Source of the DNA: Thermostichus sp. DRC_bins_24
GTDB taxonomy: Bacteria; Cyanobacteriota; Cyanobacteriia; Thermostichales; Thermostichaceae
Assembly: GCA_039794845.1 (NCBI GenBank)
Contig: JAUQVK010000021.1
Location: 1 to 17,544 of the forward strand
DNA length: 17,544 bases
Reading direction: 5' to 3'
Notes under the pieces: generated by a model
What the model was told of the DNA's origin: nothing
Databases searched by the model: none
What the model saw: only the letters and a program-made list of their open reading frames with translations
Shown: in pieces, positions 1 through 8,896 of the stretch
How the letters are laid out: every line of letters starts with the position of its first letter
How positions within the stretch are numbered: position 1 is the first letter of the stretch
Position numbers and translations under genes: made by a program

Positions 1-292
1 TGATACTAATGGTGGCACCGGCAATCAGGCTGGTGGCCAGCCTTTCCAACCGTTCTCCGATGGTTTGCGAGGTATCGAACCTAAAGGCGAGCTTCTCGAC
101 ATCGCTCGAGAGCTTCTCGACATCGCCCGAGAGCTTCTCGACATCGCCCGAGAGCTTCTCGACATCGCCCGAGAGCCGATCTACACGCCCCAAAATTTCC
201 CCCTGCTGTTGGGTTAGGTGGGCGATCGCTTGGCTGTTGGCCTCGACTAGGCGTTCTAGGCGATCCAGCCGCTCTTCCGAAGAAATCGTCAT
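1..292 (-). CDS. Hypothetical coiled-coil protein with heptad repeats, probably a C-terminal membrane anchor (3' end runs off the window)
   Basis: Not in the ORF track because it is truncated. Read manually from ATG at 292: MTISSEERLDRLERLVEANSQAIAHLTQQQGEILGRVDRLSGDVEKLSGDVEKLSGDVEKLSSDVEKLAFRFDTSQTIGERLERLATSLIAGATISI..., open to the window edge, with clear heptad periodicity and a hydrophobic stretch starting at the edge. Confidence 0.8.
   Translation of the reverse strand, partial: MTISSEERLDRLERLVEANSQAIAHLTQQQGEILGRVDRLSGDVEKLSGDVEKLSGDVEKLSSDVEKLAFRFDTSQTIGERLERLATSLIAGATISI
89..176. repeat. Tandem repeat, 4 x 21 bp (GAGCTTCTCGACATCGCCCGA) plus a partial copy
   Basis: Copies start at 89, 110, 131 and 152, with one substitution in the first. 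On the minus strand each encodes the heptad SGDVEKL. Confidence 0.95.
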
Positions 293-407
293 AATCTGTT
301 GCTGGGACAATCCGAAACCGGGATCCCCACCAGTCTAGCGATCTCCGCGTTCCCCCAAGTTGGGTGCGATAATCTTGAGATCGTGAAGTCTTGCGCGTTG
401 AATCTCC

Positions 408-1094
408 ATGCCACCAGAAGATCCTGCCTCTCTGCCCAAGCCCAAGCTGCCGGAAACGGAAACCCCTGCCAATTCCGGCTCCCGCAGTTGGTGGCAGGGG
501 CAACGGGAAAACCTCCTAACCATTGTGTTGGCCTTGCTCCTGGCCTTTGGCATTCGAACCTTTGTGGCCGAGGCGCGCTGGATCCCGTCGGATTCGATGT
601 TGCCCACCCTGGAAGAGGGGGATCGCTTGGTGGTGGAAAAGGTGAGCTACCGCTTTGGCTCCCCCAAACGGGGCGATATCATCGTGTTCAACCCGCCCGC
701 CAAGCTGAACTTCGATGGAGCCTACATCAAACGGGTGATTGGCCTACCAGGGGATCGCATGCGCATTGACGATGGCGAAGTCTTCATCAACGGCATCTCT
801 CTGCAGGAGGACTATATCTACGCTCCTCCCAACTACTCCTGCCCAGGGGACCGCTGCCCCGGGGTGCCCACCCAGGGCTCCGATTTCGTGGTGCCACCGG
901 CCTCCTACTTCGTTATGGGGGATAACCGCAACGACAGCCAAGACTCCCATGTGTGGGGCTTTTTGCCGGAAGAAAACATCATCGGCAATACCATCTTCCG
1001 CTTCTGGCCCCTGAACCGCCTGCATTTTTTTGCCACGCAAGAATATCCGGAGTTGCTTTCGGAAGCCCAAGTGTCGGGAAATCCAACCCGCTAG
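408..1094 (+). CDS. lepB: Signal peptidase I
   Basis: N-terminal TM segment, then IPSDSMLPTL (catalytic Ser), IKRVIGLPGD (catalytic Lys) and GDNRNDSQDS motifs. Confidence 0.97.
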   Translation: MPPEDPASLPKPKLPETETPANSGSRSWWQGQRENLLTIVLALLLAFGIRTFVAEARWIPSDSMLPTLEEGDRLVVEKVSYRFGSPKRGDIIVFNPPAKLNFDGAYIKRVIGLPGDRMRIDDGEVFINGISLQEDYIYAPPNYSCPGDRCPGVPTQGSDFVVPPASYFVMGDNRNDSQDSHVWGFLPEENIIGNTIFRFWPLNRLHFFATQEYPELLSEAQVSGNPTR

Positions 1095-1105
1095 GGTAAT
1101 GGCAG

Positions 1106-2077
1106 TTAACGCAGCCGCTCCAGTACGTAGTCCACCATCTGGAACAAGGCCCGACGCGCCATAGATTCGGGCAAGCTGTGCAGGGCATCGGCAGCGCGAT
1201 GGGCATAGTCGCGGGCCAACTGACGGGAGCGCGGGATCCCTTCGCTTTGATACACCCACTCCAGGGCCTGCTTTAAGTCTTGCGGATCGGCCAGCTCCGT
1301 CAGGATCAACTCCCGCATTTGGGGAAACTCCTGTAAGGCAAACAGAACGGGCGCAGTTAGGTTGCCTTGGCTGAGGTCGGATCCCACAGGCTTGCCGAGC
1401 ACCTCCGCCGAAGCGGTGAAATCCAGCAAATCATCGACAATTTGAAAGGCAATGCCCAAGTCGCGGCCAAAATCAAACAATCGCTCCGCCACCTCAGGAT
1501 CTACGCCACTGAGGATCCCGGAAGCCTTGGAACTGCCAGAAATCAGAGAAGCAGTTTTGTAAAAGCTTTTGGCCAGATAGTCCTCCATCGACAAATCCGG
1601 ATCGAAGCGGGTCAGGCTCTGGCGCACCTCTCCTTCCGGCAGATCCATAATCACCTTGGAAAGCAGCTTCACCACCTCCAAGTTGTCCAAATTGGCCAAA
1701 TACCAAGCTGCCTGACCAAACAAGTAATCTCCTGCTAGCACCGCCACCCGATTGTCGAAGAGGGTGTTCACCGTATCGATGCCCCGTCGCACATCGGCCG
1801 TATCAATGACATCGTCGTGCACCAGGCTGGCCGTGTGGATCATCTCGGTAATTTCTGCCAAGCGCCAATGTCGTGGGGTGATCTCCCCGTCTGGGGTTGT
1901 GGCACGGGCAATCAGGAGCACAATCGCTGGACGAATCCCTTTCCCCCCCGCCGAAAACAGATGCTCAGCTGCAGTGGCCAGAATCGGGTGTTTGGCACTC
2001 ACCAGCCGCGTCAGGTTCTGGCGTAAACGCTCCAGATCCGCTTCTACGGGGCCAAAGGGGGAAAGCACAGAGGTCAT
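1106..2077 (-). CDS. sds: Solanesyl diphosphate synthase (polyprenyl synthetase, plastoquinone side chain)
   Basis: GGKGIRP, first Asp-rich motif LVHDDVID..RRG, YKTA and second motif FQIVDDLLD. 323 aa, typical of cyanobacterial Sds. Confidence 0.93.
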   Translation of the reverse strand: MTSVLSPFGPVEADLERLRQNLTRLVSAKHPILATAAEHLFSAGGKGIRPAIVLLIARATTPDGEITPRHWRLAEITEMIHTASLVHDDVIDTADVRRGIDTVNTLFDNRVAVLAGDYLFGQAAWYLANLDNLEVVKLLSKVIMDLPEGEVRQSLTRFDPDLSMEDYLAKSFYKTASLISGSSKASGILSGVDPEVAERLFDFGRDLGIAFQIVDDLLDFTASAEVLGKPVGSDLSQGNLTAPVLFALQEFPQMRELILTELADPQDLKQALEWVYQSEGIPRSRQLARDYAHRAADALHSLPESMARRALFQMVDYVLERLR

Positions 2078-2191
2078 GGAGCCGCAGTATGAGGGGTTTT
2101 ACAAAATTTCATATCTTTTCTTATTGTAGAGCACCCCATCGTTCTCAGGGAAAATCGAGCGGTATTATGCAAGCAACAGCTTGTCCGTTCT

Positions 2192-2593
2192 ATGTCCACT
2201 TCTGATCCCCCAATCCACTCCCATTCTCTCCCGCCGCTCTCTATGCAGTCGGAACCCGATTGGCAGGAGGATTGGGAGCTGGCCCTGGAACAGCCGCCGA
2301 TCTCTGGGCGAGCCCACCCCCATCACCATGACCCCCAATCCCGGCGCAAACTGATCAATCGCCTGGCCCGGATTGAGGGACATGTGCACGGGATCCGCTC
2401 CATGATCGAGCAGGATCAGCCCTGCCCAGATGTGCTACTGCAAATTGCCGCTGTCAAGGGGGCGCTGGATCGAGTGGCACGGCTGATTTTGGACGACCAC
2501 ATCCGCCACTGTATCCACCATGCCATTAAGACCGGCGATATCGAAGTAGAGCTCGAAGAACTGCAGCGAGCCTTGGATCGCTTCATCGGATGA
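2192..2593 (+). CDS. inrS: CsoR/RcnR-family metal-sensing transcriptional repressor (InrS-like)
   Basis: His-rich N-terminus (HPHHH), NRLARIEGHV..I..M, PCPDVLLQIAAVKGALDRVARLILDDHIRHC and C-terminal ELQRALDRF closely resemble the cyanobacterial Ni sensor InrS. True start uncertain (2192 or a downstream ATG). Confidence 0.88.
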   Translation: MSTSDPPIHSHSLPPLSMQSEPDWQEDWELALEQPPISGRAHPHHHDPQSRRKLINRLARIEGHVHGIRSMIEQDQPCPDVLLQIAAVKGALDRVARLILDDHIRHCIHHAIKTGDIEVELEELQRALDRFIG

Positions 2594-2888
2594 GCCGGTT
2601 AGAACCACAACAGACGGCAAGCCTTTTGAGGGAGGGAATCCACAGGCAGTGCCGCAATCGAGCTGCTCACGGGTGAACTCGGAAGGGAGAAGCTTGCCCC
2701 TGAGTCGCGTGTTGTATGCTCAGGGCATGACCGGAAAATCGATTTGTTATAGGTTGACTCAGTTGACTAAGAGGGATCCCTGAGGCCAATGCTCCACCGC
2801 CGTCTTCTGAACCAGGAATCCCGGCGGAAGCAGGAGGGGACTAGCCGCCAGATGATGAAGCAATTCGTAACCCCTCGGGAATAGGGCG

Positions 2889-3131
2889 ATGGCGGCTAAT
2901 GGGTACCTCTTCTTCGGTGGCTTGATCTGGATAACGTTGTCAGTGTTGGCGAGTCAGTGTTGGCGAAGCTCGGAAAAAGCGGGGTTGGCCTCAAATTGGG
3001 GTGGAAAACCGCAAACGTGGCAAGTCCCTGTATGCCCAGCACCCTCCTTGCTCTGCGGGAGGCGAACTACCGGGAGGCGAACTACCGGTACAACGCGGAA
3101 CCGGTGGCCCTCGGAACCCCTCAAAAGTTAA
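2889..3131 (+). CDS. Possible small protein with an N-terminal hydrophobic segment (doubtful)
   Basis: 80-aa ATG ORF with GYLFFGGLIWITLSVLA. No recognisable family, and it contains short tandem duplications. Confidence 0.25.
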   Translation: MAANGYLFFGGLIWITLSVLASQCWRSSEKAGLASNWGGKPQTWQVPVCPAPSLLCGRRTTGRRTTGTTRNRWPSEPLKS

Positions 3132-3209
3132 GATTTCTTTACTCGCTGGTCTCGGCGGGATCCCCAAAGGCGTTATGCCTGTGGCACGCTGCGCGAAAAG
3201 GTGATAGTG

Positions 3210-6119
3210 ATGTCCAGCCAGAATGAGATCCATGTGGTGGGGGCGCGACAGCACAACCTCAAGAATGTCAACCTCCGGATCCCGCGCAATCGCCTGGTGG
3301 TGTTCACGGGGGTGTCGGGATCCGGCAAATCCTCCCTGGCCTTCGACACCATCTTTGCCGAGGGGCAACGGCGCTACGTGGAATCCTTGAGTGCCTATGC
3401 ACGGCAGTTTTTGGGGCAGCTGGATAAACCGGATGTGGATCGCATTGAGGGGCTGAGCCCGGCCATTTCCATCGATCAAAAGTCCACCAGCCATAACCCC
3501 CGTTCCACCGTCGGCACCGTTACCGAGATCTACGACTATCTGCGGCTGCTGTACGGTCGGGCCGGGATCCCCCACTGCCCCCACTGCGATCGGGTGATCG
3601 CCCCGCAAACGGTGGATCAAATTGTGGATCAAATCATGACTCTGCCGGATCGCACCCGCTTTCAGTTGCTCTCGCCGGTGGTGAAGGGGAAAAAGGGCAG
3701 CCACGCCGGATTGTTGCAAAGCCTCCGCCATCAGGGGTTTGTGCGGGTGCGGGTGGATGGTCAGGTGCGGGATCTGAGCGAAGAGATCAGCCTTGCCAAG
3801 AACAAAGCCCACGATATTGACATCGTCGTGGATCGGCTGGTGAAGGGGCCGGATCTGGTGGAGCGATTGACGGATTCCTTAACCACCTGTCTGCGGCAAT
3901 CGCAAGGGATCGCCGTCGTAGAGCTCATGCCCCGGGAGGGGGAACAGGAACAGCTTTTGCAAAAGGTCGCAGAAGCGGCGGGGCAATACCTGAATGGCAA
4001 ACCCACCGAGCTGATCTTTTCCGAGAAATTTGCCTGTCCGGAACATGGCTCGGTAATGGATGAGCTATCGCCGCGGCTGTTTTCCTTTAACTCGCCGATC
4101 GGGGCCTGTCCCATCTGTCATGGCTTGGGCTTTGAACCTACCTTTGATCCCGATCTGGTGGTGCCGGATCCCAAATTGCCGCTGTACGCCGCCATTGCCC
4201 CCTGGGCAGAACGGGATAACCCCTACTACCTGGCCCTGTTGGTGGGGGTGGCCAATGCCTTTGGGTTTGAAATCAGCACCCGTTGGTGTGATCTCACCCC
4301 CGAGCAGCAGCAGATTATTCTCTACGGCTCCGAGCGGGAGATCTACATCGAGGCGGAATCCCAATATCGGGCAGGGGGCAAGGGCTACTACCGCCGCTAC
4401 GAAGGGGTGATCCCCCAGTTGCAGCGGCACTACCAAGAAACCACCTCAGAAACCTACCGGCAAAAGCTAGAAGCCTATCTCACCAACCGCCCCTGTTCCG
4501 CCTGCCAGGGATCCCGTCTCAGGCCGGAGGCCCTGGCGGTGCGCGTTGGGGGGTACCGCATCACGGATCTGACGGAAATCTCCATCAGCGACTGCCTGCA
4601 TCGCCTGGAAACCCTGAAGCTCACCCCGCGACAAGCCCAAATTGGCGAGTTGGTGCTGCGAGAAATTAAAGCCCGTCTGCAATTTTTGCTGGATGTGGGG
4701 CTGGACTACCTCACCTTGGCTCGTCCGGCCATGACCCTCTCCGGCGGCGAAGCCCAACGGATCCGGCTGGCCACCCAAATCGGCTCCGGGCTAACGGGGG
4801 TACTCTACGTACTGGATGAACCCTCCATCGGCCTGCACCAACGGGATAACGAGCGCCTGTTGAACACCCTCTTCCGCCTGCGGGATTTAGACAACACCCT
4901 GATCGTGGTGGAGCACGATGAAGAAACCATCCGCGCCGCCGATTACCTAGTGGATATCGGCCCAGGAGCGGGGGTACACGGCGGCGAAGTGGTGGTGCAG
5001 GGATCCCTGGCGGACATCATGGCCTCAGAACGCTCCATCACCGGGGCTTATTTGTCGGGGCGGGTGCAGATCCCCACCCCGGCCCAGCGGCGCCTAGGCA
5101 AGGCGGTTTCCCTGAAACTGACGGATGCCCACAAAAACAACCTCCAGCACATTGACGTCGAGATCCCCCTTGGGAAGTTGGTGTGTGTCACCGGGGTCTC
5201 CGGATCCGGCAAATCCACCCTGATCAACGAGCTGCTCTACCCCGCCCTGCAACATGACCTGGGGCATAAGGTACCCCAACACGGCGAAATGGGTGACCTC
5301 CAGGGCATCGAACACATCGACAAAGTCATCGTCATCGATCAATCCCCGATTGGCCGTACCCCCCGTTCCAACCCCGCCACCTATACCGGCCTCTTCGACC
5401 CAATTCGGCAAACCTTTGCCCAAACCCTGGATGCCAAGGCCAAAGGCTATCAATCGGGCCACTTTTCCTTCAACGTCAAGGGGGGGCGCTGCGAGGCCTG
5501 CAAAGGCCAGGGGGTGAATGTGATAGAAATGAACTTTTTGCCGGATGTGTATGTTACCTGCGATGTCTGTGGGGGTACCCGCTACAGCCGCGAGACCCTC
5601 CAGGTGAAATACAAGGGCAAAACCATCTCGGAGGTGCTGGATATGACGGTCGGGGAGGCCTTGGGCTTTTTCAGCACTCTGCCCCCGGCAGCAAAAATCT
5701 TGCAAACCCTGGCGGATGTGGGGCTGGACTACATCAAACTCGGCCAACCGGCCCCTACCCTCTCCGGCGGGGAAGCCCAGCGGGTAAAACTGGCCTCAGA
5801 GCTGGCCCGCCGCTCCACGGGCAAAACCCTCTATCTGCTGGATGAGCCTTCGACGGGCTTGTCGTTTTACGATGTGCACAAGCTTTTGAATGTGATGCAG
5901 CGGCTGGTGGATACCGGCAACACCGTGCTGGTGATCGAGCACAATCTGGATATTCTCCGCTGTGCCGACTGGATTATCGACCTAGGACCAGAGGGGGGCA
6001 ACCGCGGTGGGCAGATCATCGCCGTGGGTACCCCGGAACAGGTGGCAGAACAACCCGGATCCCATACAGGGCGGTACCTCAAGCAGGTGCTGCAGCAACA
6101 TCCCTCCCTTTCTGCCTGA
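3210..6119 (+). CDS. uvrA: Excinuclease ABC subunit A
   Basis: GARQHNLKN, two Walker A motifs (GVSGSGKS), two LSGGEAQR ABC signatures and CxxC zinc fingers. ATG at 3210, alternative GTG at 3201. Confidence 0.99.
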   Translation: MSSQNEIHVVGARQHNLKNVNLRIPRNRLVVFTGVSGSGKSSLAFDTIFAEGQRRYVESLSAYARQFLGQLDKPDVDRIEGLSPAISIDQKSTSHNPRSTVGTVTEIYDYLRLLYGRAGIPHCPHCDRVIAPQTVDQIVDQIMTLPDRTRFQLLSPVVKGKKGSHAGLLQSLRHQGFVRVRVDGQVRDLSEEISLAKNKAHDIDIVVDRLVKGPDLVERLTDSLTTCLRQSQGIAVVELMPREGEQEQLLQKVAEAAGQYLNGKPTELIFSEKFACPEHGSVMDELSPRLFSFNSPIGACPICHGLGFEPTFDPDLVVPDPKLPLYAAIAPWAERDNPYYLALLVGVANAFGFEISTRWCDLTPEQQQIILYGSEREIYIEAESQYRAGGKGYYRRYEGVIPQLQRHYQETTSETYRQKLEAYLTNRPCSACQGSRLRPEALAVRVGGYRITDLTEISISDCLHRLETLKLTPRQAQIGELVLREIKARLQFLLDVGLDYLTLARPAMTLSGGEAQRIRLATQIGSGLTGVLYVLDEPSIGLHQRDNERLLNTLFRLRDLDNTLIVVEHDEETIRAADYLVDIGPGAGVHGGEVVVQGSLADIMASERSITGAYLSGRVQIPTPAQRRLGKAVSLKLTDAHKNNLQHIDVEIPLGKLVCVTGVSGSGKSTLINELLYPALQHDLGHKVPQHGEMGDLQGIEHIDKVIVIDQSPIGRTPRSNPATYTGLFDPIRQTFAQTLDAKAKGYQSGHFSFNVKGGRCEACKGQGVNVIEMNFLPDVYVTCDVCGGTRYSRETLQVKYKGKTISEVLDMTVGEALGFFSTLPPAAKILQTLADVGLDYIKLGQPAPTLSGGEAQRVKLASELARRSTGKTLYLLDEPSTGLSFYDVHKLLNVMQRLVDTGNTVLVIEHNLDILRCADWIIDLGPEGGNRGGQIIAVGTPEQVAEQPGSHTGRYLKQVLQQHPSLSA

Positions 6120-6297
6120 AGACCTCAAGCCAACGGAGCCTTTACCCCCCAATCCTCTACCGTGGGTTTCCCCAGCAGAAGGGCCAGCTCCTTGAGAACC
6201 CGAAACCCTGCTTGGAGCAAGTCTACAGAGAAGGCTAGAATCCCTTACTATATGGATGCTCTCCAGCCGCTCCCTTACTTAACCGTACCGATCCGAC

Positions 6298-6966
6298 ATG
6301 TACACCATTTCCGAGTTTGATCGCCTGATCCAGTTTCTCCCGGTGGAGATCCGTCCTGAAGTTCAGATCGAGATCGGTACCCCCGACCAATCTCGGGTTG
6401 TGCAGCCCCTGTGGCGTTTTCCTTGGCAAAAGTACTCTCGCTTTGCCATTGACCTCAGCCGCTGGCAGAAGCTGAGCAGCGATCAACAAAAGATCTATTT
6501 TTTGCGCGAGGCGGTGATGGCCACCGAGCTGGCGCTGGGGGATAATTGGTCGGCGTTGCTGCTGTATCCTGCCCTAATTGGCGCGGGCAGCATGGGGATT
6601 TTGGTGGAGATGCAAATGGGGGATAACCTCGGCATTGGTTTGGCAGCAGGCTTGGCAGCTTCGGCGGTGTTTCTGTTGCGCAAGGCAGAAAAAGGACAAA
6701 AACCTCAGGTCACCGCCGACGAGTTCGCCGTGCGCTACGCTTCCCAAAACGGCTATACCTCGGAGCAAGCTGCCTCCATTTTGTTGAGTGCGCTGCAGCA
6801 GGTGGCGATGATGGAGGATCGGGTTAAAAATGACTACGACACCACGATGCGCCGTCGCAACCTTGAGTTTCTCGCTCAGCGGGGCCTGGGATCCGGAGCC
6901 TTGACCATTAACCCCAAGTATCGCAACAGGGGTCAGAGCTCCAACCCCAATCCGTACCAACGCTAG
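6298..6966 (+). CDS. DUF3318-family cyanobacterial membrane protein
   Basis: Recalled similarity to DUF3318 proteins: FPW..., IDLSRWQKLS..Q, two Gly/Ala-rich hydrophobic helices, ADEFA....NGY...AA..LLSAL..VA..E. Confidence 0.75.
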   Translation: MYTISEFDRLIQFLPVEIRPEVQIEIGTPDQSRVVQPLWRFPWQKYSRFAIDLSRWQKLSSDQQKIYFLREAVMATELALGDNWSALLLYPALIGAGSMGILVEMQMGDNLGIGLAAGLAASAVFLLRKAEKGQKPQVTADEFAVRYASQNGYTSEQAASILLSALQQVAMMEDRVKNDYDTTMRRRNLEFLAQRGLGSGALTINPKYRNRGQSSNPNPYQR

Positions 6967-7916
6967 GCCATGCGCAGCTCCCCTTCCACCTCTAGCCGGG
7001 TATAGGGACCAACCGAAAGAAAGCGTTCTCCCAACATTTCAGCCGCTGCCGGTTGAATCCAGCCCATGCGCTGCAGCAGATGGAGCGCTAGGGCATATTT
7101 GGCTCGCGCCGCCCCATCCTGCACTTTGATGGCCAGACCCATGCCCTCTCCGACGCGGCCAATGCATTGGATCCCTTCGGCACCGGATTTACTGACCAGA
7201 TCCCCCTGGGTAGCCCGCATCAGCTCCGTATCGAAACGCCCGCTGCCCGCCACCATTTCTGGCTGGTGGGTCATGGCCCGCGCCACCGATTCCAAATCTG
7301 GCCGATCCCCTGCGGTTAGTTGGGCGAAGAGGGAGGCCATTTGGTTGAGTTGGAGCTGGTAGGTGGGCACGCCGCAGTCATCCCGAGCGCATAAGAATTC
7401 TTCCGAGGGCATTTGCAACAAATCCGCCAACTTGGCCCGCACCAGAGCTTGTACCGGATGTTGCCGCTGAGCGTAGTCCTGCAACGTCCAGTTTTGGGTA
7501 CGGCTGGCCATGAGCATGGCGGCATGTTTGCCAGAACAGTTGTGACAGAGGGGGCTGGGCTTTTCCGGGGGGGTGGGACAGCTCAACAGTTCTGGGGCCA
7601 GATCGGCTCGCCACAGCATGCCGAAGACTTGCCGGGCATGAGCCATGGTACCCTGATGCGATCCGCACATGATGGCAATATCTTTTTCACTGAGACGATA
7701 GCGCTCTCGAATGCCGGTGGAGAGCATCGCTAAGGCTTGAAAGGGCTTAAGGGCGGAACGGGCAAACACAGGGGTAGTACTGTTGCCGGCCATGGCTAGG
7801 GAACGCCCACGGCTATCGGCCACAACAGCTTGGCAATGATGGGTTGATTCAGTCAGGCCCTCCCGCAGCACATGGATCAGGAGTTCGGGGGCAGCGGAAC
7901 GATTCTCAAATGACAT
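6963..7916 (-). CDS. L-asparaginase II family protein (Rhizobium-type asparaginase)
   Basis: REGLTESTH, RSALKPFQA, HNCSGKHAAM, DDCGVPT and KSGAEG motifs are characteristic of the family. Overlaps the convergent DUF3318 gene by 4 nt. Confidence 0.92.
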   Translation of the reverse strand: MSFENRSAAPELLIHVLREGLTESTHHCQAVVADSRGRSLAMAGNSTTPVFARSALKPFQALAMLSTGIRERYRLSEKDIAIMCGSHQGTMAHARQVFGMLWRADLAPELLSCPTPPEKPSPLCHNCSGKHAAMLMASRTQNWTLQDYAQRQHPVQALVRAKLADLLQMPSEEFLCARDDCGVPTYQLQLNQMASLFAQLTAGDRPDLESVARAMTHQPEMVAGSGRFDTELMRATQGDLVSKSGAEGIQCIGRVGEGMGLAIKVQDGAARAKYALALHLLQRMGWIQPAAAEMLGERFLSVGPYTRLEVEGELRMA

Positions 7917-8037
7917 GAAATCCTGGGGAAGGGCTGAACAAGCCGAGGATAAAAGTGTACACCCTCCCGATCATACGCGAGGAGCTGCCGCGATCTTTCA
8001 GAATGGAACAGTCCCTTCTGGCTCCTTGGTTTTGGCC

Positions 8038-8817
8038 ATGTCGTTGTTTCCGCTGGTGTTTTTGGTCTGTCATGGTAGCCGGGATCCCGAGTATCAGCAG
8101 GCTTTGGCGGATTTGTGGGTTCGGGCTCGGCAGCAGTTGTCCCCTCTGACGGTGGAGCTGGCGCAACTGGAAGGGCAACCCCTGAGCTTGGCGGAACAGA
8201 TCCATCAGCGGCTGCAAGCTCGTCTGCCCCGGGGGGTGGGGTGGTCCCCGGGGAAGGTGGTGTTGCTGTCGCTGTTTATGGGGGGGGGATCCCATGTGGA
8301 GGAGGATTTGCCCTCTGCCCTAGAGCAGGTACAGGCCCGGTGGCCGCAACTCAAGCTGTTACTGACGCCACCGATTGGCCAACATCCGGCCCTCACCAAC
8401 CTCCTGGCCGCTCGGATTCACACCCATCTGCGACAAGCTTCTGAACGGGCGGATGCCTGGATTGTGCTCGGCCATGGCAGCCGTTTGCCGGGGTTTGCTG
8501 CTCAGCTGCAGTTAGGGATCCACCAATTGGAGCAGCGCTTGCCCGGGATCCCGGTGTACGGGGCCTTTGTCACTCAACCCCCCAACCTAGAAACCGCCAC
8601 CATCCACTGCCTACGCCTAAGTCAACATCGCCTGCGGGTGCTGCCGTTTTTTCTGTTTCCGGGGGGGCTATTGCGCGCGCTCCAGGCCCAGGCCCAGCAA
8701 CTGCAGCGGGAATGGCCCCTGCTCCAGATTCAAGTGGAGCCGCCCCTTTGGCAGGATCCCGAGATGATGGAAGCCATTGTGGATACCCTCCAAAGGGCTT
8801 GTCCGGCGCTAGAATAG
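8038..8817 (+). CDS. Sirohydrochlorin chelatase (CbiX/SirB family, two-domain)
   Basis: Two HGSR motifs (LVCHGSRDP, VLGHGSR), LFMGGGSHVEEDLP and VLPFFLFPGG. Located next to cobA. ATG 8038 is preferred over 7915, which overlaps the divergent gene start. Confidence 0.85.
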   Translation: MSLFPLVFLVCHGSRDPEYQQALADLWVRARQQLSPLTVELAQLEGQPLSLAEQIHQRLQARLPRGVGWSPGKVVLLSLFMGGGSHVEEDLPSALEQVQARWPQLKLLLTPPIGQHPALTNLLAARIHTHLRQASERADAWIVLGHGSRLPGFAAQLQLGIHQLEQRLPGIPVYGAFVTQPPNLETATIHCLRLSQHRLRVLPFFLFPGGLLRALQAQAQQLQREWPLLQIQVEPPLWQDPEMMEAIVDTLQRACPALE

Positions 8818-8896
8818 GGCTCCCATTGCCAGAACTTACCCATCACGGCAAGCATTCTCTGCGCTAGGATCCAGCGCACAAGGATTCAGTGACCCT

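Noticed and set aside
89..176. 21-bp repeats as a CRISPR array
   Set aside because: The copies are directly adjacent with no spacers, so this is a coding tandem repeat.
9..503. ORF-track entries 9..338 (+) and 81..503 (-) with repeated peptides
   Set aside because: They are alternative-frame readings of the 21-bp repeat. The minus-strand frame from 292 gives a far more protein-like heptad sequence, and 81..503 overlaps lepB.
2594..3200. Housekeeping RNA (SRP, RNase P, tmRNA, tRNA) or a cyanobacterial LexA box in the long intergenic region
   Set aside because: None of the signature motifs I can recall are present, and the GGTAC sites lack a correctly spaced second half-site.
2991..5747. Long antisense ORFs within uvrA (e.g. 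2991..3812, 5094..5747) and similar shadows in other genes
   Set aside because: They are antisense shadow frames expected from GC-rich codon usage opposite well-supported genes.
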